Of a stretch of DNA of 64,000 nucleotides, positions 55,833-64,000 are shown in pieces. The stretch lies in the IMG/VR virus record IMGVR_UViG_3300036713_000599, one strand, 5' to 3'. The notes below the pieces were generated by a model. The model was not told the origin of the DNA. It was given only the letters and a program-made list of their open reading frames with translations, and searched no databases. The stretch is from a virus. Its lineage: Duplodnaviria > Caudoviricetes. The translations under genes were made by a program, and so were the position numbers. How positions within the stretch are numbered: position 1 is the stretch's first letter; each line of letters begins with the position of its first letter.

Positions 55833-58243
55833 TGACCGACGAGTATCGTTCCCTAGGTCTAGCTGCTACTTCTTTCAGGAATGATGGAGGTGTGCCAAGT
55901 CGTCTTCGTACCTTCGGGGAGCCGATTAAGACTCTTGCCGTGGGCCATGAGTTGGATTCCGATACGTTTGCTCTGTGGAGGATGAATGAGACTGAGTACC
56001 AGGGGGCACTTGTTCACAATTCAACCCAGAGTGCTACGGCAGCTTATAGTCGAAGATCCACCACCTTTGACGGTGTGAATGAATACGTCACGGTGGGTAA
56101 CGTCTCAGAGCTTTCGTTTGAAAGGACTGATTCGTTTTCAATTAGTTTTTGGTTCAAGACCTCGTCAACCTCTTTACAGTACCTCATCACCAAGATGTCC
56201 GCCTCTACGGCGAACACTGGGTACGCAGTTTCCTCTATCGGCTCAGGCACGGTCGGGGCCATTCGATTTCAATTGGCGTCGAATGTCGGGAGTGGTAACT
56301 ACCTCCAAAAAACGACTACTTCAGCTTATAATGATGGTGAGTGGCATCACGCTGTGATTTCATACGGGGGATCCAGTGCTGCTTCCGGTATTTTGATCTA
56401 CATCGACGGTTCGTTGGCTTCCACCACAACTAATTTAGACGCTCTTTCTGCAACTACGGTCACTACAGCAGCATTCGAGATTGGAGATGCTTCGGCTGCT
56501 AGCTCCTCCTACACTGGGGATATAGACGAAGTGATCGTATTTGACAAGGAGGTCTCTAGTTCAGAAGTAGCCTCTCTGTATAATGGCGGTGTGCCGATCG
56601 ACCCCCGAGCCCTCGTGTCTAACGTCGTGGGTTATTGGCGTATGGGTGACGGTGACGTCTATCCGACCATCACGGACCATTCAGGCAGCGGCAATGACGG
56701 CACCATGACCAACATGGAGGTCACCGACATCACCAGGGAAGTTCCTAGCGGACGGACTCTGGCTCCAAGCACTCCCTCAGATTGGACGTTCGTACCGCTC
56801 ATCTCTTACGGCCCTGGGGGTAAAAAGCAGCCCTGTCGATGGTTCCGAGGCCCTTTTTTCGACAACAATCTCCAGCGGGCGGGGCAGTCGGACTTCGTCT
56901 CACTACTCACAGGAGACCATACCATTGAGGTCTGGGTCTACATTGAGGACTTGTCTGTTGGTAGTCACACGATCATGGAGTACTCAGGAACAGGGGAGGC
57001 AGAGGCAGATAACTATCTCCAGCGAGTCCTCGTCACCTCGACCGGTAGGATTGCTCTTTTTTGGGAGTATGGTGCCGGGAGTGACGCTGGATTTACGACC
57101 ACATCAATTTACATCACAGAGAGAACCTGGCACCATATAGCTGTGAGTAATGTGGTTGTCACGGGGGACCGGACAGCTAAGGTCTATGTGGATGGCGACT
57201 TCAAGGAGTCTACTACCGACACGAATGCGTCCGGCGGAACGTCCGCTGATTTTTCGATAGGATGTGATGTCGAGATAACGACCAACAAGATGTTTGGTGC
57301 TATGGCTGATATGCGGTTCAGCAGCAAGGAAAGGACGGCGGCAGAAATTGCAGCTTCCGCCGCTGATTATCAACACATCCTCGATTCAGACACTTTTGCT
57401 CTTTGGCGATTTAACGATCGCCCTGCTATTGAGGACGAAGTCGGGAACTACCCCCTGGTTCCTATGAGCTTCTCCGAAGAATCTGGTATCGTATCGGCTC
57501 TGATTAACGATAATGGTCGTGCTAAGTCCATTAATAGTACGAAAATGTCTTGGAGTTCGAACCGGACACTGATAAGGGACTTTCTGGACAGTGGGGACCA
57601 GACCTTTGAGTTATGGTTTCGGGTTGAGGCTGGGGCAGGGACGGGTTCCGTCCCCTCTTCCCGCATGCGTCTTTTCCTATTCAATTCCTCCGGTGAGGCT
57701 GAAGGGGAAAACGTCTTGATACAAGTTCAATTCGAAACAACGGGACACATGGAGGTTTTTTGGGAGTATGGGACTGGAAACGACGTGTCTCTGGTCACCA
57801 CGGATCCTGTGATAGGTCCCAATGATTGGTGGACTTCGCATCACATCGCGATCACTAGGTCGATTGGTGCTAGCACAGACGTGCAGATTTATTGTGACGG
57901 TGTATTGGTCCAAGAGTGGACTGGTCAGACAAACCCTTCTGGTGGTACTGACGTTGACGTGGAATTTCGAATTGGAGACTCTTCAACGGAAACGTTTATT
58001 CTGGACGACGTCCGCCTGTCCTCCAAAGTTCGAACCGCCGGGGAGATTGTCCAATCGCATGCGAGAGGCACGCCCATAGACAAAATTACTCGGTACCGTA
58101 AGCGGGCGAGGGATCAGGGGTCTGAGCCTGCCATTGTTTACGTTGAGTGGGAGACGACAGACCCTGACGGCTCTTTTCCTGGAATCATCCCTAATGGTGG
58201 TCCTCTCGTCGAGGAAGTGATTCTGGACAAGTTCCAGGTGTGA
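55832..58243 (+). CDS. Multi-LamG fibre/appendage protein (803 aa)
   Basis: It has one LamG of the same subtype as the 986-aa gene plus two of a second subtype (LDSDTFALWR[MF]N[ED] twice; TWHHIAV; SHHIAI). Confidence 0.8.
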   Translation: MTDEYRSLGLAATSFRNDGGVPSRLRTFGEPIKTLAVGHELDSDTFALWRMNETEYQGALVHNSTQSATAAYSRRSTTFDGVNEYVTVGNVSELSFERTDSFSISFWFKTSSTSLQYLITKMSASTANTGYAVSSIGSGTVGAIRFQLASNVGSGNYLQKTTTSAYNDGEWHHAVISYGGSSAASGILIYIDGSLASTTTNLDALSATTVTTAAFEIGDASAASSSYTGDIDEVIVFDKEVSSSEVASLYNGGVPIDPRALVSNVVGYWRMGDGDVYPTITDHSGSGNDGTMTNMEVTDITREVPSGRTLAPSTPSDWTFVPLISYGPGGKKQPCRWFRGPFFDNNLQRAGQSDFVSLLTGDHTIEVWVYIEDLSVGSHTIMEYSGTGEAEADNYLQRVLVTSTGRIALFWEYGAGSDAGFTTTSIYITERTWHHIAVSNVVVTGDRTAKVYVDGDFKESTTDTNASGGTSADFSIGCDVEITTNKMFGAMADMRFSSKERTAAEIAASAADYQHILDSDTFALWRFNDRPAIEDEVGNYPLVPMSFSEESGIVSALINDNGRAKSINSTKMSWSSNRTLIRDFLDSGDQTFELWFRVEAGAGTGSVPSSRMRLFLFNSSGEAEGENVLIQVQFETTGHMEVFWEYGTGNDVSLVTTDPVIGPNDWWTSHHIAITRSIGASTDVQIYCDGVLVQEWTGQTNPSGGTDVDVEFRIGDSSTETFILDDVRLSSKVRTAGEIVQSHARGTPIDKITRYRKRARDQGSEPAIVYVEWETTDPDGSFPGIIPNGGPLVEEVILDKFQV

Positions 58244-58251
58244 GGTAACGG

Positions 58252-61200
58252 ATGAGCGTTTACGGTCGGACAGCATATGGCGATAGATCCTTTGAAGGGT
58301 TAGGTCCGTCTCTCGCGTCATCTTTTCCGACCACAGGTGCCACCAGTACAGGCACCGATGTCCTGACTTACTTCACTGTCACATCAGAGGCAGGGATCGA
58401 CGTCAGTTTGTTTAATGTCTACGACGGTACCACCCCAGTTATTCTGGGAGGGGTGTTCGTGGGTGACTTCGACGGTGTTGTTACACTTGGGGCTCAGGAC
58501 TGTGATGTTGTTGTCTCGAAGTATCCTGTGTGGGCGTCTGGTGAGCACACAATCAACATAGATGTTACTGACCTCGCTGGGACGCAGGATGATCTAAGCT
58601 ACACGTTCAACACGGCTTCAACCGGTAATATTGTCGACGTCAATGAGACGATAACCGTTTCGGACACAGTGTCCACGGATGTCAACCTTGTGGCGGCTCC
58701 TTCAGAAACAGTCTCTGTTTCTGAAGGTATTTCGACGCAGTATGGTGCCAATATTGGCCTTGGTGAGACGGTTTCTGCTTCTGAGAGTCTAACTTTAGGC
58801 TCCGTTGCTCTTTTGGACGAAACGGTCGCTGTTTCTGACGGGGTCGTCACTGAATATGGTGCGGTGGCTGAGCTATCTGAAACAGTCTCTGCTTCTGAGT
58901 CGAAGACCGTTTCTAGTGCGACCTCCCAGGCCGTTGGCGAGACAGTAAGCGTCTTTGAGAATGTGGTTCTCAGGGATGCCGTTGAGTTGTCGGAATCCGT
59001 GAGTGTGGGGGAAACGCTGGCTATCAGCGAGGGCGAGACCCGTTCGCTGAATGAAACTGTTCTTGTGTCCGAGACCGTCCAGGCGGAAAAGGGTCAAGTA
59101 GTATCTGTTTCAGACTCTGTGTCTGTGTCGGAAGTTGTAGGTACGCTCCAAGAAAATCATGTCGGCTTAAGCGAGACGGTTTCTGTTACCGAAAATATCG
59201 GCATACTGAATCCAGTCAGAATTGGCGAAACAGTCACGGTCGCTGAATCCGCAGCTGCCTACTTCACTTACGGCGTGAATCCGAGTGAGACTGTTGCGGT
59301 TACCGACGATGTCAACATCGGTGAGAACAATCAGGTAATCATCGACAGCCTACCTGGAACGGCGGACAGACAATTCTTCCGACTAAAGTTCCCCGTCCCT
59401 CTGAGCTGGTCGCCTCGAAGTGAGCAGGCCAGTATTACAGCCCTAACCCTAACCTCCCCAGACGGGGGTGTGCCCGCGGCCATTATTGGAGCGACTAAGG
59501 AGTTCTCGACCTACCACACAGGCCATTTAGGTCGCCTCGTACTCCAGAGCATAGACGAAAGCAAGTCGAACAGGTTCCGTGTACCAGGACAATATTCAAT
59601 CGACGCCAGTCTCATTGGTGAGTACCTGGAGATCTCAAGCGGGTCCAATGAAGGCATTTACAAGATTGTAGGGCTCGACGGAACGGACCTTGTTATCGAC
59701 ACGGAAATGCCTTTGACGGACACAGTGAATGGCTACGTCCAGGGGAAGGTCGAGTACGTCAGCCAGGTGGTGGGCCCAACAGAGACAGTACATACTTTCC
59801 GATTGGTCAATGGTCGTGTAACCGTATCGGACCCCCTCATCGAACTAGTTTACACGGATAGAAGGGATGGCCCCCTTCCAGGTATCGCTGCTCTCGGGTC
59901 AAGTTACAATACTATTGAAATCACTGTCAACAATGCAACCCCATGGCTCAACCCAGAGGAAGCCTTCGTTTATGTCGTGGCACGTATCTCGCCCAAGACC
60001 GACTGGCGAATCGTTAGCGGTGTGACGAGTTTCCTCCTTGAGACGTCCAAGTTGACCGCTGGTAAAATATACGAGCTGTCAGCTAAGAGCTTACTGACTT
60101 CAGAAGGGCAGTATGTCGACTTTGTGGGATACGCTCTCCTTGAAGCGAGCGATGTCCAAATACCAAGATTGATCGCCGCTAGTACGATTGGCGACGAGGG
60201 TGCTGTCCTCGTTACGTATGACCAACCAATGCAGCCGGATGAAGACAACCTCTTCAGTACGTCAGATTACGCCCTTACTGGACCGATCACAGTCTTTGTT
60301 CAAAGTGTGAAGGCGTACGGTAGCAATTCGGTTGTCCTGGTCACTACGGGGATGGAGGCGGGAGATTATACGCTGACTGTTTCGACCGGCACTCCGAAAG
60401 ACGTTGCTGGTAACCCTCTCGACCCGACATTCAATACGGCCATCTTCACGGTAGGTGCTTCACCGCTTGCGAGCCGTAGCATTTTTGTGGATAAAGGGCC
60501 GATCGCAAAACCACCTCTTACAATACAATCGGGAACGGGAGTCACTTTCGACAGCTTCGCTCTGCTCACCCTCGCGGGAGCGAGTTTGACGAACGATCAT
60601 GTAGGCAAGTTTGTCACTATCGATAGTGGCGGCAGTTCTACTAATGAGGGCACCTATCGGATTACCTCGGTCGTTACGTCTTCTCAGGTGAGGCTCCAGG
60701 CCAGCTTTACCTTGCCCGACACTGTAGTCTTTACATGGGAAGTGTTTGACCCACAAGACGGCATCGTCGCGGATGACCCTGGTGACGTCACTGTTCGAAT
60801 AAACGGCTCCCCTGTGACGCCGGAGGCTGTTGTAGGGCTTCTGGGTCAGGTGGTTCTTTCGACGGCCCCTAGCCTCACTGATGACGTCACAGTCGATTAT
60901 TCCTGGTGCTGCAACCCGACCGTCGACATTAGACGGCTCAATTCTGCTGAGTTCCGATTCAACGCGTGGAATCAGAACTATGGTCAGACTTGTCAGGCAA
61001 CTCAGCATCAATACAGATACAACAATGTTCTCGTCCGTCCGAGTGATTATGATTCGGACGATCCAAGGGCACTTCTCGATCAACCAAAGGAGCGGGAGCT
61101 TCATTACAGAGGCTACGAAAGGGCCTACACAGCAGTCCTGAACGATCCCACTCTTCTTGTGTTCAATACACCCATCCACCGGATCGCGTACCCTCCAGCT

Positions 61201-64000
61201 CGTCGGCTCCTTGCCGAGGAATTTGTCACCTATGAAGGGCTTTCGCTTCCCGAGTCCCTGGTAGTCAACCCGTGGGAGCGGGTGGGTTCTGGTACTGCCG
61301 TAGTGTCTTCCGGCCATCTTGTGGTCACGGACGATACGTCGGGGTCGTACCCAACAGGGCAGCCAATCTTCTGGCGACGGGAAATTGATACGACATATCC
61401 TCATGTATTTGCCATGTCGTGGAGATTCACTCTTACAATGGTCGCGGAAGCGACTGGAGTCTTCTCGGGTGTGGCGGCAGGTTATTCTGACGACAGTGTA
61501 GCCATTGTCGTTGGCTTCTTAGAGGATGGTGGGGTCAAGAAATTTGGGATTCTAAAGAGGGGTTACGGAGACGACCCTTCTGATATTACGGCGTGGGTGG
61601 GTGGTCTCGATTCTTCTGGCAACTCGACGGCTGCTCCTTCTGAAGTAGATTGGAGCACCATTCATAGCTATCGGCTGCTCCGGGGTATTGATGGTGTGAT
61701 CCGTATCTACGTGGACGGAGACATCGAAGAGATCCTTCGGATCACTCCGGACGAGCTTCCGTTCTTGGAGGAGCTAGACGCTCCCTTTGATGCCATACAA
61801 GGTGTGTTTTTCGGCTCGTTGAGTAGGCCGGCCCGAAATATCTCGGACTGGGATTTCATCCGGTACCTCACACAACCCACAAATCCAATTCAGACGAGCC
61901 CTTCGAGCTTTACCTCTTATGAGGCGAATGTGGTACCTGAGGCGGACTCAAAGCCTTGGACTCCTATTGGCTTCCACGGTACGAGTACAATACTGTCGAC
62001 GGATTTCTTGCTCCTAGACTCCACGAGTGCCTCCGATGTCTCGGATGTTGGGCTCATTGGAGGAGACTTTCATGGCTATCTTCGATTTGAACCACTTCTT
62101 GGGATCTCTTCTGAGATGGTCGTCGATGCCCAGGTGCAGGTCCTGACACACACTCACGGCTTTGACCCGAATGGTGTTATGTTCGCCGTGGATGACGGTA
62201 CACGGCTCATGCAAGTGTGCTTCATCTCAGATCAGGAGCTTCCTAAGATCAGCTATGGTGGTCGATCCCTCCCCGGTGACTTCACCCCCTTCTCGTGGGC
62301 TTCTGCAGGATCGCAAACAGCGGAAATGGCCGGCCGCATTCTTCGGATAACTGATGCGTCGGCAACGGATGGGTTGGTCTATTATTACGATGACGTTGCT
62401 CCAGCAGGTTCAGATGATCGTACTCTTGAGTCAACCATTGACTACATGTTGGAGTGCCGTTGTAGGGTTGTGTCTTACACAGTGGATGGTAGTGGTTACG
62501 CAGGCACCTTCTTCCAAGCCTATGATGGCATTAGAGTCATTGGGCTTCTTTTAGAAGAGGTCTCTGGTACTCGATATGCTTCGTTGCAGTCGGATGGTGT
62601 GGTGTTGGCCCAGTTCGCGTTTGAATGGAATGACAGTGCTTTCCACACTTACCGTCTTCGCAAGAGCACCTCGGGTAATCTGGTAAGCCTTTTCATCGAC
62701 GGCTCTTTCGTCGGAAGCCTTGCCTATAGTTCGTTCACTTCTCCAGGTGTCTCAACTACGGGGCAGATCAGTTTTGGGTCTTCAACTCCTGCAAGTATTG
62801 GCAGCGAGTCAGTTGTGGACTGGGCCTATTGTAACACTTGGAGGGTAAGGGGCGATGTACGCCACTATATTGGTCTCTGGCGGGGTTCAAGTACCGGCAC
62901 CCTCCAGGATTACCATGTCCCCCTGAAAGCGGCAGGAAGAGGGGCATCAGTAGTCGGAAATGTTCTTACTGACGCGAATGCTAGTTTTGTGGTTGACGGG
63001 GTTGCGGCAGGAGATCAGGTTGTTGTCGACGAGGGGCCGAACGCAGGAATCTATGAGGTGTCAGCTGCCACACCTACGACGCTTGTGATGACGACCACGT
63101 TCTCTCAGCAGCCTTCGGAGGTGGATTACAGGGTGGCGGAGGAGACTGACTGGACGACGCAGCACAAGTACCGGCTTGCTAGGGATTCCAATGGGACCGT
63201 CTCCCTTTTACTCGATACGGGAACTCAGCCTATCGTTCAGGTGGAATACGGTGCGGTTGATCTCCCTGCTAGTGGCTCTGGGCTCGTCCGTACTCTGTCT
63301 GGCGGCCTGGCAGCTATAACTTTCGGCGCCTTCGATGTGGAGGGCCTGTCACAGTCCTCATGGGACTTCGTTCGGTACGGGCTCACAAGGTCTCCGACAG
63401 AGCTTCGGATCGTTCCACAGCACGAGATTCTGAACCAATGGAACGTAATGTCCTCACCGGAGCGGTTGTTCACGCAGCTGCCTCATAACCTCACGGATTT
63501 CAAGAGTAGTTCTACAGGTATTGTGCCCAAAGAGGATCCTGACTTTCTAGAAGACCCGGGTCTTACGGCTTTCACGGTACTCAATGAGCAGACTCCTCTC
63601 GTCCCCTTGACGCAGGCATTTGAAACGCGGTCCCCTTACCCTGTCCAAGAGTTCATTTCGGCTCTCAATCGTCCTGAAGACGTACTCAATAATGACGGCG
63701 GCTTCACACTCAATGACGGTACCCGCAGGTTCAAACTTATCGTCCCGGACGACGTTCTATATTCGTGTCTCGACGTCATAGAACAGACGATAGGTGAGCA
63801 GTCACTCATTAAACCCTTCTCGGATGGGTGTGGGTGTGCGTCCGACATGAAATTGGAATACACCCAAGAGGTGTGCTTGACGTACGACGGGGATGTCCTG
63901 CCAGAAAGTGACACAGCGGCACCTACTCCTTGGGATCTTGTGAGCGACAGTCCTGCACAGGTCTCCACGACCGTTTTTTCTAGTGTTTTGACTTACGGTA
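58252..64000 (+). CDS. Very large tail/baseplate protein, truncated by the window end (>1900 aa; absent from the supplied track)
   Basis: ATG 58252 follows GAGG. I read the frame as open to the window end (MSVYGRTAYGDRSFEG...PAQVSTTVFSSVLTY). It contains ETVSVSE-type repeats, Ig-like modules (PKDVAGNPL) and lectin-like beta segments (DWSTIHSYRLLR, WNDSAFHTYRLRK, DWTTQHKYRLAR). Confidence 0.8.
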   Translation, partial: MSVYGRTAYGDRSFEGLGPSLASSFPTTGATSTGTDVLTYFTVTSEAGIDVSLFNVYDGTTPVILGGVFVGDFDGVVTLGAQDCDVVVSKYPVWASGEHTINIDVTDLAGTQDDLSYTFNTASTGNIVDVNETITVSDTVSTDVNLVAAPSETVSVSEGISTQYGANIGLGETVSASESLTLGSVALLDETVAVSDGVVTEYGAVAELSETVSASESKTVSSATSQAVGETVSVFENVVLRDAVELSESVSVGETLAISEGETRSLNETVLVSETVQAEKGQVVSVSDSVSVSEVVGTLQENHVGLSETVSVTENIGILNPVRIGETVTVAESAAAYFTYGVNPSETVAVTDDVNIGENNQVIIDSLPGTADRQFFRLKFPVPLSWSPRSEQASITALTLTSPDGGVPAAIIGATKEFSTYHTGHLGRLVLQSIDESKSNRFRVPGQYSIDASLIGEYLEISSGSNEGIYKIVGLDGTDLVIDTEMPLTDTVNGYVQGKVEYVSQVVGPTETVHTFRLVNGRVTVSDPLIELVYTDRRDGPLPGIAALGSSYNTIEITVNNATPWLNPEEAFVYVVARISPKTDWRIVSGVTSFLLETSKLTAGKIYELSAKSLLTSEGQYVDFVGYALLEASDVQIPRLIAASTIGDEGAVLVTYDQPMQPDEDNLFSTSDYALTGPITVFVQSVKAYGSNSVVLVTTGMEAGDYTLTVSTGTPKDVAGNPLDPTFNTAIFTVGASPLASRSIFVDKGPIAKPPLTIQSGTGVTFDSFALLTLAGASLTNDHVGKFVTIDSGGSSTNEGTYRITSVVTSSQVRLQASFTLPDTVVFTWEVFDPQDGIVADDPGDVTVRINGSPVTPEAVVGLLGQVVLSTAPSLTDDVTVDYSWCCNPTVDIRRLNSAEFRFNAWNQNYGQTCQATQHQYRYNNVLVRPSDYDSDDPRALLDQPKERELHYRGYERAYTAVLNDPTLLVFNTPIHRIAYPPARRLLAEEFVTYEGLSLPESLVVNPWERVGSGTAVVSSGHLVVTDDTSGSYPTGQPIFWRREIDTTYPHVFAMSWRFTLTMVAEATGVFSGVAAGYSDDSVAIVVGFLEDGGVKKFGILKRGYGDDPSDITAWVGGLDSSGNSTAAPSEVDWSTIHSYRLLRGIDGVIRIYVDGDIEEILRITPDELPFLEELDAPFDAIQGVFFGSLSRPARNISDWDFIRYLTQPTNPIQTSPSSFTSYEANVVPEADSKPWTPIGFHGTSTILSTDFLLLDSTSASDVSDVGLIGGDFHGYLRFEPLLGISSEMVVDAQVQVLTHTHGFDPNGVMFAVDDGTRLMQVCFISDQELPKISYGGRSLPGDFTPFSWASAGSQTAEMAGRILRITDASATDGLVYYYDDVAPAGSDDRTLESTIDYMLECRCRVVSYTVDGSGYAGTFFQAYDGIRVIGLLLEEVSGTRYASLQSDGVVLAQFAFEWNDSAFHTYRLRKSTSGNLVSLFIDGSFVGSLAYSSFTSPGVSTTGQISFGSSTPASIGSESVVDWAYCNTWRVRGDVRHYIGLWRGSSTGTLQDYHVPLKAAGRGASVVGNVLTDANASFVVDGVAAGDQVVVDEGPNAGIYEVSAATPTTLVMTTTFSQQPSEVDYRVAEETDWTTQHKYRLARDSNGTVSLLLDTGTQPIVQVEYGAVDLPASGSGLVRTLSGGLAAITFGAFDVEGLSQSSWDFVRYGLTRSPTELRIVPQHEILNQWNVMSSPERLFTQLPHNLTDFKSSSTGIVPKEDPDFLEDPGLTAFTVLNEQTPLVPLTQAFETRSPYPVQEFISALNRPEDVLNNDGGFTLNDGTRRFKLIVPDDVLYSCLDVIEQTIGEQSLIKPFSDGCGCASDMKLEYTQEVCLTYDGDVLPESDTAAPTPWDLVSDSPAQVSTTVFSSVLTYG
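58640..59320 (+). repeat. About 12 degenerate [LV]-x-E-T-V-x-V-S-[ED] repeats with 18-20-aa period
   Basis: GAAACAGTCTCTGTTTCTGA-like units start at 58705, 58765, 58819, 58879 and 58939. Confidence 0.8.

Noticed and set aside
267-63968. Numerous minus-strand and short alternative-frame ORFs in the track (e.g. 15728-16690, 60460-61404, 13231-13983)
   Set aside because: They lie opposite or inside well-supported plus-strand genes, show no recognisable motifs and have shadow-ORF composition.
1-64000. Stop-codon reassignment, as seen in some large phages
   Set aside because: Genes are long and tightly packed in the standard code, and TAA, TAG and TGA all end genes at coupled junctions.
1-64000. 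CRISPR array, tRNA/rRNA genes, transposase, integrase, intein or homing endonuclease
   Set aside because: I saw no repeat-spacer pattern, cloverleaf or characteristic motifs. The intergenic gaps are short and the helicase motifs are uninterrupted. A covariance-model scan was not run.

Overview
The window is one gene-dense region coded entirely on the + strand in the standard code, with many TAATG/TGATG/ATGA overlaps and GGAG/GAGG ribosome-binding sites. It reads as the neck, contractile-tail, baseplate and fibre module of a very large myovirus-type phage (jumbo-phage-like). No capsid, portal or terminase gene is in the window, so a capsid-less giant contractile injection system cannot be formally excluded. 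Gene order: head-tail adaptor and neck genes; a coiled-coil protein, a Dps/ferritin-like protein and an actin-fold ATPase; tail terminator; FmdB zinc ribbon; a giant ~1535-aa sheath; a ~7.4-kb non-tail block (UvrD helicase, degenerate DHH-like protein, unknowns) separating sheath from tube; tube; two chaperone-like genes; tape measure; two tube-initiator paralogs, one carrying a lytic transglycosylase; hub; spike; large baseplate proteins (gp25-like, J-like, I-like); a LamG-lectin fibre cluster with a 699-nt-offset internal duplication; and a >1900-aa ORF running off the right edge that the supplied track misses. The most unusual element is the actin-like ATPase. From memory its motifs match the haloarchaeal volactin-type actin family, and it sits with a candidate coiled-coil partner and an apparently catalytically intact Dps inside virion-assembly genes. 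All product calls come from motif recognition and synteny. No database search was run.
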